A stretch of 64,000 bases of DNA from NCBI GenBank assembly GCA_963677495.2, contig CAXXOU010000004.1, positions 320,001 through 384,000 on the forward strand. Direction: 5' to 3'. Source of the stretch: Candidatus Cloacimonadales bacterium. GTDB taxonomy: Bacteria; Cloacimonadota; Cloacimonadia; Cloacimonadales; JAFGVF01. The notes beneath the pieces are model-generated. The model had not been told where the DNA came from. It made no database searches and was given only the letters and a program-made list of their open reading frames with translations. Both the position numbers and the translations under genes were made by a program. Each line of letters starts with the position of its first letter. Positions within the stretch are counted from its first letter, which is position 1. Of this stretch, positions 52,541-62,400 are shown piece by piece.

Positions 52541-53788
52541 ATGGCTGAAAATTTAGTCTATGGAACAATTAGTTCTGAAAAAGCAATGGAATTAGAAGAT
52601 AAGTATGGTGCACATAACTACCATCCGCTACCTGTTGTGATTGCAAAAGGTGAGGGAGCTTATGTGTGGGATCCTGAAGGAAAGAAATATTATGATTTCC
52701 TTTCTGCTTATTCAGCAGTTAACCAGGGACATTGCCACCCAAAAATCATCAATGCATTGATTGAACAGGCAAAAGAACTTACACTTACTTCACGTGCTTT
52801 CTTTAACAACAAGCTTGGTGAATATGAGAAATTTGTAACTGAATATTTCGGTTTCGATAAAGTTCTCCCAATGAATAGTGGTGCTGAGGCTGTTGAAACA
52901 GCTATGAAACTTGCTCGTAAATGGGCTTATAAAGTGAAAGGTATTGCTGAAAATGAAGCTATTTTAGTGTTTGCCCATGGTAATTTCCATGGTCGTACTA
53001 TCGCTATCGTTTCTGCTTCAGATGATCCTGATTCATACGGTGATTATGGTCCGTTCGTTCCAGGTATCGAAGTTATCGATTATGATAGCCCTGAAGCTCT
53101 CCAAAAAGTGCTTGAAGAAAAAGCTGACAAGATTGCTGCGTTCATCGTTGAACCTATTCAAGGTGAAGCAGGTGTTTACGTACCACAAGATGGTTATGTA
53201 AAAAAATGTTACGACCTTTGTAAAAAACATAACGTTCTCTTTATCGCTGACGAAGTTCAGACAGGTATCGCTAGAACAGGTAAACTTCTTGCTACTATGT
53301 ATGATGATGTAAAGCCGGACGTTCTTATTCTTGGTAAAGCTATATCCGGTGGTGTTTTACCTGTATCTGCTGTTCTTGCAAATGACGATATCATGATGAC
53401 AATCAAACCTGGTGAGCATGGTTCTACTTTCGGTGGTTTCCCACTTGCTTGTACAGTTGCTAAAGCAGCTCTTGAAGTTGTTCAAGAAGAAAACCTTGTT
53501 GAAAAAGCTTATGAACTTGGTATGTATTTTAGAGAACAGCTTGCAACTATTGATAGTCCAAGACTTAAAACTATCCGTGGTCGTGGTCTTCTTAATGCTA
53601 TCATCGTTGAACCAAAAAATGGCGTGGAAGCTTGGGATGTATGCGTGATGCTTAAAGAGAAAGGTCTCCTTTGTAAACCTACTCATCAGCATATTATACG
53701 TTTTGCTCCTCCATTGGTTATTACTAAAGATGAGCTTGATGATTGTATCCGCATCATCAAAGAAGTATTTGCTGAGTTAGATGCTTAA
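52541..53788 (+). CDS. rocD: Ornithine--oxo-acid aminotransferase
   Basis: AHNYHPLPVV, SAYSAVNQGHCHP, NSGAEAVE, EPIQGEAG, ADEVQTG, LGKAISGG, HGSTFGG. Confidence 0.95.
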   Translation: MAENLVYGTISSEKAMELEDKYGAHNYHPLPVVIAKGEGAYVWDPEGKKYYDFLSAYSAVNQGHCHPKIINALIEQAKELTLTSRAFFNNKLGEYEKFVTEYFGFDKVLPMNSGAEAVETAMKLARKWAYKVKGIAENEAILVFAHGNFHGRTIAIVSASDDPDSYGDYGPFVPGIEVIDYDSPEALQKVLEEKADKIAAFIVEPIQGEAGVYVPQDGYVKKCYDLCKKHNVLFIADEVQTGIARTGKLLATMYDDVKPDVLILGKAISGGVLPVSAVLANDDIMMTIKPGEHGSTFGGFPLACTVAKAALEVVQEENLVEKAYELGMYFREQLATIDSPRLKTIRGRGLLNAIIVEPKNGVEAWDVCVMLKEKGLLCKPTHQHIIRFAPPLVITKDELDDCIRIIKEVFAELDA

Positions 53789-53811
53789 CTGAAGCTATAA
53801 TCAATAGATAT

Positions 53812-53842
53812 AAAAGGTTCATGTGTTAGCATGAGCCTTTTT
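53812..53842 (+). terminator. Intrinsic terminator after rocD
   Basis: AAAAGGTTCATG-TGTTAG-CATGAGCCTTTT. Confidence 0.75.
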
Positions 53843-53965
53843 CAATTATACTTTATAATCAGAGAAGAGATGGGTTTGACAGTATTATGACAGAAAATTC
53901 TTGACGGAATCAAGCTTGCTTAGGATTATTCATAAAAATAAACAGTTAATATTTTAGGAGATAAG

Positions 53966-54364
53966 ATGCTCAAAAATCAGAAAGGTTTTTCCATTTATGG
54001 TATTATCAGTATAGTTGCCTTTTTAGTTTTATTATTCATCCTTGCCTTACCAAGTATGTTTAACTTGAATGAAAGAGAGAATACAGATTTGTGTATTAAG
54101 CAGCAAGAACAACTCTATAAAGCGATCAAACAATATATGCTGGATCGTGAATCTGACTTTACCGGTGATGCGGTTGAACTTAAACGTACAGGTTATTTAA
54201 GGAGTACTTTTGAATGCCCTGAAAATGGTGTTGGAGATAAGTATCAAATGAGTGGCCAATACAATGGTGGGGATGTTAAAATTCATATTTCATGTCCAAA
54301 TCATGATGAGTTTCCTGGTCATGTTCTTCCAGAAGCATTCTTCCTTAGGATGCAGCAAGAATAA
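53966..54364 (+). CDS. Type IV pilin/pseudopilin-like protein
   Basis: Class III signal MLKNQKG|FSIYGIIS with hydrophobic helix and Pro; Cys residues in LCIKQ, ECP and SCPNH. Confidence 0.7.
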   Translation: MLKNQKGFSIYGIISIVAFLVLLFILALPSMFNLNERENTDLCIKQQEQLYKAIKQYMLDRESDFTGDAVELKRTGYLRSTFECPENGVGDKYQMSGQYNGGDVKIHISCPNHDEFPGHVLPEAFFLRMQQE

Positions 54365-54388
54365 ACCTTTTGGTTCTATAAATATTAT

Positions 54389-54414
54389 GGCACTACCGTT
54401 TGGTAGTGCCTTTT
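54389..54414 (+). terminator. Intrinsic terminator after the pilin-like gene
   Basis: GGCACTACC-GTTT-GGTAGTGCC-TTTT. Confidence 0.8.
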
Positions 54415-54564
54415 CTATTGTTGGATAGTTTGTCTGTGAATAACAATTACCTGTTTAAGTATAATAAACATGATTCATTCATGTTAGTAAAAGCAAAGAA
54501 ATTAACTACCTAACTCAAAGAACTTGAAAAGGGCATTTAATCAAGGATTTCTGTAGCTTCATAA

Positions 54565-54787
54565 TTACCTCCCAAATTCTGTGTCATCATAGTGCCCTAT
54601 TACTGCTCTTTATTAAGAACTTACTTCACACGTCACTGATGTTATGAACATGATGTGGATAACTTTGGCCTTCGCCAAGGAGGGTCCTTGGTGGCTCCTT
54701 GGTGGGTCCAATGTAATTCCATGTTTTAAATGGGGTAAATCATAGTCTGGATGGTGTGGCGAGTAATGGTGAGTAACTGGGAGGTAA
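54565..54787 (+). repeat. DnaA-box-pair repeat element, copy 4 (diverged)
   Basis: TTACTGCTC..TTAAGAACTT resembles the left end of copy 3; TTATGAACA-TGA-TGTGGATAA at 54642-54662; 11-bp units at 54675, 54686, 54697 and 54708; outer inverted repeat TTACCTCCCA/TGGGAGGTAA. Confidence 0.8.
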
Positions 54788-54821
54788 CCCTTTAAAGTAT
54801 CAAGTTTCTATGTAATAAAGC

Positions 54822-54850
54822 AAAGAGCTTGCTGGGAATAACAAGCTCTT
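54822..54850 (-). terminator. Intrinsic terminator
   Basis: AAGAGCTTG...CAAGCTCTT. Confidence 0.65.
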
Positions 54851-54876
54851 AAACATAATTAAGTTAAATATTTATC

Positions 54877-57800
54877 TTATTTCATTAGAATGGCTTTTCT
54901 AGTTACTGCTTTGTTATTAGTAATCAGTTTAAAGAAATAGATACCTGAACCACATGGAGTTCGTTTAGAATCTTCTCCACTCCATTCGATAGAGTAATTA
55001 CCGGAAGGTAAATGACTATCAAGTAAAGTAACTACTTTCTGACCTTTCATGTTAAAAACAGAAATCTCAATATTTGTATCATTTTTAAGAGAATACTCTA
55101 TCGTTGTAGATGGGTTGAATGGATTTGGGAAAACTGAGTTTATTGAAGTCACTAACACTTCAACTTCAGGAGTATCTCCTCCATCAAATTCACCAACTTT
55201 AACATAAGCAGGGCCATAAAGATCTATTCCACCGGAGATTGAAACAGCTTCTATCCAATAGTAATAATCTATTCCAAGATACACTTCTGTATCTATAAAT
55301 GAATAATTGTTTCCACTAGTGCCATTTAATGCATCAATAGATGTGTTTAGTAGCGTTGCATCGATATAATTATCAGTTATGTTTCTGTAGATACGGAAAT
55401 GTGACAAATCACTCTCAGTTTCTGTCTTCCATTCAAGACCAACTGACTCTTCATTAATTGCTGTTGCTAGCATATAACTAAATACAACCGGTAGCGCATT
55501 TTGATCATTATTTAGAGGATTGAAGTTATCTTCAGAAGGTGTTCCTGTAGTGTCACCTGAAGCTTCAGCCCACTGAGTATCAATTTCTGAACCATCAGTA
55601 TCGGCATCAAGTCTCTCATAAACTTTATCTTTCTGGATTGTGTTTGTGGCTGAGCCCATTCTATCAACTATCGCTTTAGCTTGGTTATCATAAAGCTCAA
55701 AGTATTCTTCTCCATTAATTTGAGGTGCTCCAGCGCTGTTTGAACCATCAACAAAGTAGTTTCCGGTAAAAGCAGGGAATGTTGCTAACAAGTCAGATAA
55801 AGTTCCTCTTATTAATATGGCAAACTCTCCCGGTTGTAATGGATAATCACCAGTCATATTTGTTACTAAATCGGTATTAATAGTATCATCAAGGACTGTA
55901 GTTTGTGATGAATTATACTGTACAATTGACCAACCTCTTAGATTCTGAACCAGATTACCTGCATTATAGATTTCTATATAGCTTGCATTGTAATCTGCGG
56001 GATCACAGACTTCAGTGAAAATGACTTTAGATGCAACCTGCTGTTCTTCTGTTACTATGTATGATAATTCAGAGGAAACTGTTTCATCTGTATCATCATC
56101 AGTAGCTGAAACAACATAATAAACTGTTTCGTTTGCTACTTGAGCAGGTATGATCCCAGTAAATGTATCTCCTGTATCAATAGCCATAGAAACAGTATTG
56201 GTTAATGAACCAGATGTTAACCCCCACTGGATTTCTGCAATAGCAATTGTGCCATCAATATCAGTAATATCGGCACTAACTGTAACTGACTCTGTATTGT
56301 CAGGGTTTGTAGGAGAGTGTGATATGTTTACAATAGTTGGAGTTTGATTAGATGTAGGCTCTGAAACAGTTACTGTTGCAGTATCTGTATGAGTACCTCC
56401 ATCATTATCAGTGACACTCAACGTAACTGTAGTTGTTCCGAGAGGAAAGCTTCTTGTTATAGATTCACCACTAGCATTTTGTGCTACTTTTGTTGTTTTA
56501 GCTCCCATTGTGTGAGAACCGAGATATGTAGCAGTATCGGAGGCATATCCATCCCATTCTGCAGAAGGATCGAATGCATCTGAGCCATCAGAATCACCAG
56601 AAGTAACTGTTGATTTTCTTACTAAAGTTGCATCTGCTGTCCTTGTTGGAGAAATACCCCAAGCTGAACCCGGGTCAAAGCCTATTTGCCCAATGCAATC
56701 AATAAGCGTACCATTATTAAGAAGAGTGATAGTATCATCACCATTGAAATTAGTGACAGCTGATGTTTCATCGACAACAAAACCTGTTAATGCACCACTT
56801 GAGTTACCAATTATGTAAACAGTACCATCTGCAAGTGAACCGCTTAGGGATAAATTTTGACTTGGTGACAGAGCACCATTAGAGTATAAATGTACTGAAT
56901 ATGTAGAAAGATCTATAATACTACCTGTACCATTATAAATCTCAAGATATTTATTGTTTCCTGAACCTTCAACATATTCGCTAAAGAAAAGATCAGATGC
57001 TGCACCACCACCGGTTTGACCATCATCCCATGTCCATTCATAAGATACTATTGCACCATCAGAATCTGTAGAACCAGATGCATCAAGTGTAACATCTGCC
57101 CAACCGTCTAAATCAACGTCAATTGCCGAGTAGGAAGTACCTGCATCTGCAATTGGATCAACGTTTGGAGTAACGGGTTCAACTAAGTCTGCTTCATAAC
57201 GAGGATTAATATCGAAAACACTGTAGGAATAATTAACCACACCTGTTACTGAGCTAAAATCGTCACCAATCTGGGGATCAGGTGTAACCATATAGAAAAG
57301 ATCGTCTATTTCACACGCACCAGAACCGTCATTAACATCCCATTGGTTGTATCCATCAGGGATATCAGATACAGTAACATTTTGGACCTGAACAAGTACA
57401 CCTTCATACTGCTCTTCCAAAGCGTTAGTAGCAATAACCGTTGGAGAAGGTAGTGTATTACCAAAACTATCTACAGTATAAGCACTAACAGATGTAATTC
57501 TTGTGAAATTATAATATTCTTCTACAGTACCGGTAATTGAAACTTCATCACCTTCAGATGGTGAGTTGATTGCATCATCTACATAAACTCCGTTCCATGC
57601 TCCACCAACAGCACTACTAATGAAATATCCATCAGTGTTAGATGCTGTAACAATCCCGCTTGTAGATACTGTTTGACCTGCATATGGAGAAGCATCATTT
57701 GTGACAGGGTCAGATATATACTGTATATCATAAATTGTTACATCAGTTGCCGGTGCATCACCCCAAATAGTACTAACCCATTCCGGGTGATCTATGAAAG

Positions 57801-59268
57801 GATTTCTGTTACCTTGATAACCTTCGATTACATCATTTCTATTCAGTTCAAAACTATCAACCGGATCTTGTACGTGCCATAACAGCAGAGTTGAAAGCTT
57901 TCCATGTTCTCCGTAACCTGTGAGTCCATTATCATTATTTTCAGTATTAACTTGATCAACTATCTCTAAATCCGGTTCACCAACTTGCCCTGGGACATCT
58001 CCCTCATAACGAGTAGCCATATAGAAGATAATCCTAGCAATGTCACCTTTTACAGCGTCTCTTGGCTCCCAAGAATCGCTATCAGTATAGTTGCCGGGCG
58101 CATCAGTAACTTCAGTACCACCGTTATCAAAATCTTTATTGCTTCTGGTCGAATTAATATTAGACTGACAAGGTTTCAAATTGTGCATATCAGACCCTGC
58201 AGGAGCTGTAGTGCTGAACTCTCCATGTGATTTAGCCCAAACATGCTCTTTTGAGCTAACAGAATACTCTGAATCACCTGTATACACTTCAATAACTTTA
58301 CTGGAATTGTTAGGATCAGCATCACTTACCATAAGGTATGGATTAAGGCTTGTATAACTATAGGTTGAATGATTATCAATTAAATCATGCAATTGACTCT
58401 TAAGAGCTGAGCCTGTTGTTGCAGTGATTCCAGCATAGTAATCAGGATTAGCACTAACTGTAATATAATCAGTTTTTAGCTCAACATCCGCTGTACGCGC
58501 AGCTGAATCTGTAACAGTGAGTTTCACACTATATGTACCTTCAGAACTATATGTGAATGATGGATTCTGAGTGGTTGAATCATTTGTAGAATCATTCTCG
58601 AAATCCCAGGCATATGTATATGGAGGAGTACCACCGGATGTAGCATCAGTAAAGTTTACAGTTAAAGGAGCTGTACCTGTAGTAACGTTAGCACTGAAAG
58701 CAGCAGTAAGTGAGTTTCCACTACCACCAAAATCTGTAATTGAAATATCATCAATTAGCAGGCGTTCTTTATCTTGAACATTGCTGATTCGGATAAATAT
58801 ATCATCACCTGATAAATCTACAGCTTGAGAGTATTCTGTGTATGTTGTTGAAGTAACATTAACTGTTGAGCCGATAGCAGTCCAGCTACCTGTAGTACTA
58901 CCGATTTGGTATTCAACGGTAAACTCAATTGGTTCACTCGGGACATTACCGTCCCAATGCCTATACCAGAATGAGATTGTACCAATACCATTATCTTTAC
59001 CATTTCCATCCATACCTTTGTAAAGAAGATACTCTAAGGTAGAACTTGAATCATCATTAAACCTTATAGCATTCCCAGATCTGGCATAAGTTGAGTGACT
59101 CATAGCATTGTTATTTTCCCAATGTCCACTTGTAGGACTCTCATAAGTCACAATTCCACCATAACTTCCATCAGACCAGTCATCAAAATTCTCTGTTATT
59201 GATGCTAACATAATTGAACTTAAAATTACGAACAAAAGAATAGTTATAACTCTTTTCATCAATTTCAT
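54877..59268 (-). CDS. Large secreted endonuclease I (His-Me finger, Vvn/Bsn-like) with PKD, OB-fold-like, lamin-tail-like domains and CTD
   Basis: KEHVWAKSHG, DMHNLKP..SNINSTRSN, WEPRDAVKGDIAR..FYMATRY, RNDVI..YQGNRNPFIDHPEW; PKD YAWDF; VFPNPFNP...KAILMK. Confidence 0.9.
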   Translation of the reverse strand: MKLMKRVITILLFVILSSIMLASITENFDDWSDGSYGGIVTYESPTSGHWENNNAMSHSTYARSGNAIRFNDDSSSTLEYLLYKGMDGNGKDNGIGTISFWYRHWDGNVPSEPIEFTVEYQIGSTTGSWTAIGSTVNVTSTTYTEYSQAVDLSGDDIFIRISNVQDKERLLIDDISITDFGGSGNSLTAAFSANVTTGTAPLTVNFTDATSGGTPPYTYAWDFENDSTNDSTTQNPSFTYSSEGTYSVKLTVTDSAARTADVELKTDYITVSANPDYYAGITATTGSALKSQLHDLIDNHSTYSYTSLNPYLMVSDADPNNSSKVIEVYTGDSEYSVSSKEHVWAKSHGEFSTTAPAGSDMHNLKPCQSNINSTRSNKDFDNGGTEVTDAPGNYTDSDSWEPRDAVKGDIARIIFYMATRYEGDVPGQVGEPDLEIVDQVNTENNDNGLTGYGEHGKLSTLLLWHVQDPVDSFELNRNDVIEGYQGNRNPFIDHPEWVSTIWGDAPATDVTIYDIQYISDPVTNDASPYAGQTVSTSGIVTASNTDGYFISSAVGGAWNGVYVDDAINSPSEGDEVSITGTVEEYYNFTRITSVSAYTVDSFGNTLPSPTVIATNALEEQYEGVLVQVQNVTVSDIPDGYNQWDVNDGSGACEIDDLFYMVTPDPQIGDDFSSVTGVVNYSYSVFDINPRYEADLVEPVTPNVDPIADAGTSYSAIDVDLDGWADVTLDASGSTDSDGAIVSYEWTWDDGQTGGGAASDLFFSEYVEGSGNNKYLEIYNGTGSIIDLSTYSVHLYSNGALSPSQNLSLSGSLADGTVYIIGNSSGALTGFVVDETSAVTNFNGDDTITLLNNGTLIDCIGQIGFDPGSAWGISPTRTADATLVRKSTVTSGDSDGSDAFDPSAEWDGYASDTATYLGSHTMGAKTTKVAQNASGESITRSFPLGTTTVTLSVTDNDGGTHTDTATVTVSEPTSNQTPTIVNISHSPTNPDNTESVTVSADITDIDGTIAIAEIQWGLTSGSLTNTVSMAIDTGDTFTGIIPAQVANETVYYVVSATDDDTDETVSSELSYIVTEEQQVASKVIFTEVCDPADYNASYIEIYNAGNLVQNLRGWSIVQYNSSQTTVLDDTINTDLVTNMTGDYPLQPGEFAILIRGTLSDLLATFPAFTGNYFVDGSNSAGAPQINGEEYFELYDNQAKAIVDRMGSATNTIQKDKVYERLDADTDGSEIDTQWAEASGDTTGTPSEDNFNPLNNDQNALPVVFSYMLATAINEESVGLEWKTETESDLSHFRIYRNITDNYIDATLLNTSIDALNGTSGNNYSFIDTEVYLGIDYYYWIEAVSISGGIDLYGPAYVKVGEFDGGDTPEVEVLVTSINSVFPNPFNPSTTIEYSLKNDTNIEISVFNMKGQKVVTLLDSHLPSGNYSIEWSGEDSKRTPCGSGIYFFKLITNNKAVTRKAILMK

Positions 59269-59400
59269 TGCTCCTTCGTACTTAGATTAACATGCCTAAA
59301 CGCCAGAGAATTGGAAGAATGTCAAGAATTTGTAGGTTTGTAATGGAATCAAATCAAATGATAATAATGCAATCATATGGTATTGCGATAATTACAAAAT

Positions 59401-59437
59401 AAAAAAGTTTGTGTTAGGGGAACACAAACTTTTTTTG
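59401..59437 (-). terminator. Intrinsic terminator between the two nuclease paralogs
   Basis: AAAAAAGTTTGTGTT-AGGGG-AACACAAACTTTTTT. Confidence 0.8.
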
Positions 59438-59461
59438 CTAAGTATATGAAGCGATTAGAGG

Positions 59462-62400
59462 CTATTTAAGAAGCATTGCCTTTTTGACATTGCTTGTTTT
59501 TCCTGCTTGCATACGGAATAGATATACTCCACTGGCCACAGGCTTGTTGTAAGAATCAGTGCCATCCCAGTAGACATAGTGATGACCGGCATCGAAACCT
59601 TGCTCAATAAGAGTTTTAAGCTTTTGCCCTTTCAAATTAAAGACATCAATTTTGACTTCCTCCGGATTCTTAACAGAGAAAGTTACTCGAGCAGTAGGAT
59701 TGAATGGATTGGGATAAACATTGCATAGTCCTGTAAACAGAGCTAGAGGTTGCTCTTCCAGAATATCATCATGGTCAATCACCACAACTGATGGTCCGTA
59801 GAATGTCGATTGTCCATCGATTTCTATAGTATTAATCCAGTAGAAATATTTGTTTCCAGGAAGCACTTCTTGGTCTAAGAAAGAATAATTACTTCCATTA
59901 GTATCATTACTTGCATTAATCATAGTATTGAATTGTTCTGCTGAAGATAAATCAGGATCAGACTCATCATCAATCCTCATTACTTGCCTCAAAATTCTAA
60001 ATCCTGAAAGGTCTTTTTCAGAGGCAGTTGTCCAGTTGATATTAATGAATAAATCTTCTGTAGATTCGCAATAGAAAGAGGCAAAAGTTACAGGTAAAAC
60101 TGATTGGTCATTATTGAGCAGTGTTTGATTCTCAGCACCAGGAGTACCTGTTGCATCTCCTCCTATATCACTCCAATCAGAGCTTAAGTTTGAGCCATCA
60201 GATTCTGCATCAATCCTCTCATATGTATGACTATTTAGAATTGTACTTGTAGAAGAACCTATGGCATCTGCTAGACCTTTACTATCGGTGCTGTCATATA
60301 ATTCATAATATTCACCACCATCGACATATGGTACTCCATCCGTGGTTGTTCCATCAACAATGTACTTTCCTGCGTAGGCACCATAATAACTTGAGAAATT
60401 ACTTAAAGTTCCATTTATTACAATCAGATATTCTCCGGGGAAAAGTGTAAAGTTCTCATCCATGTTTGTAACAATATTGTTATTTACATCAGGATTAAAA
60501 ACCGTTGATCTTTCTGAATTATATTGTCTAATCTCCCAATCAAGTAATGAAACGGGAGCACTACCGGCATTGAATAACTCTATAAATGCAGCATTACTTG
60601 TTGAAGGCTCAGTGATTTCAGAGAATATTATGTTTGAATCACCATAATAACCAATATCAACATACTGGACAGCTGTCTGAGCTTCGGCCGGTTCATCATT
60701 CTCGGCAATCACAGTAAAGAAAACTCTTGAGCCTGCAGTCTGACCATTAATTGTAGCCCGATATTCACCATTACCGATCAATTGCATAGGTACAACATTT
60801 GTCATTTGAGCAGCATTAAGTCCCCAATTGAGTTCAGAGTTTGTTATGTTTCGATTTTGATCTATATATGCTACGATAGTAATGTTCTGCCTATGTTTGG
60901 GAGATGCCGGATGGTATGAGACATCGTATATTACTGGTGGGTTAGATCCGTTACCTTCATTAATCATAACTCTTGTTGTGTCAACCGATGATGCACCATG
61001 ATTATCATAAACTGTAAGATATACGTTCGTAATTCCTAATGGAAAGTCATGAGTTATAGTTTCACCATATTCTTGAACAACTGTTCTCTTAACCCTTTTC
61101 GCTCCTATCGCATGATTCCCTAATGAACCAGGATTATCATAAATCCCTTCTTCCCATTCGTTTCCGTCATAAAGATTACTTCCATGATAAACTTCCGGTT
61201 TCCTTATCAATGAGATGTTTCGACCCCAATTCACATCACCATTGATACCAACAAAATCTATTGTTTCTCCTGTATCATTACGGATTAATCTAATTTGATC
61301 ATCTCCAGAAAAATACATCATATTATTGCTAGTTGGGAAATCCCAATCATATTCATATGCAAGATCGCTGTTACTTCCATTCCTGTCGTATACAATAACA
61401 AATGTTGAATATGGCATAACCTGACCTGTTAGATCAAGAGTATATCGGAAATTACCATTGCCTGAACCATCCCTTTCTAGAGTATAGTTGCTCAAATCTA
61501 TAACTGAAGTTGTTCCGTTGTACAACTCGATTGCTTTACGATATGAACTACCCTCATAATATTCAGAAATGAAAATTTCATCTACAGTTCCTGCGTTTAC
61601 ATTTTCTGTCCAAGACCACTCCCAGATACCAATCGAACCATCAGAATCATAACTTTGTGATCCGTTAAGTGTAATATTACACCAGCCATCTTCATCAGCA
61701 TCATAACATACGATATCATCACCTGCATTAGCAATTGGAGGATAATTTACAGCGTTTAATAAATCGTCTTCACTTCTAGGTGCTAAGTATGCTTGAACTC
61801 GATCATTAATATATACTGAGATTATTCCTTGATAAATATCTCCGGGATTTAACCCATGATTATAAAAGATGCTACCAATATAACCTGAGCCGGTTGAATC
61901 ACTTACAAAAACTAACCTATCTGAAAGATTATCATCAGGATTAACAGTAATGTCATTAATTTGAACTAGAGTTGACTCATATACTTCAGATAATTCAGCT
62001 AACGAAATTAGATAAGGGGAAATCGCATTGTTAGTTGATATAAGAGTGCTTTCAAAAATGTTAACTAAAGATGTTACACCATCTATTTCATCCACATAAG
62101 CAGTTATAATTAACTCATCTCCAACCGAATAACCTTGTAAATCAGTACTAACATATATACCTGACCAAGGACCTCCTGCAATATCCTGTAAATAGAAGCC
62201 ATTACTGTCTATAGCAGTAATGTAACCTTGTACTTTCACATATTGTCCCAACATGTCAGAAGCGTCATTATTGAAGTCTAATACCATTTGTATATTCATG
62301 ATTGAAGTAGTTGGAAAGAATATTGGTTCTACCCATTCAGGATGATCAATAAAAGGATTCCTATTGTTTTGGTAACTGTATATAACATTATTCCTTCTAA

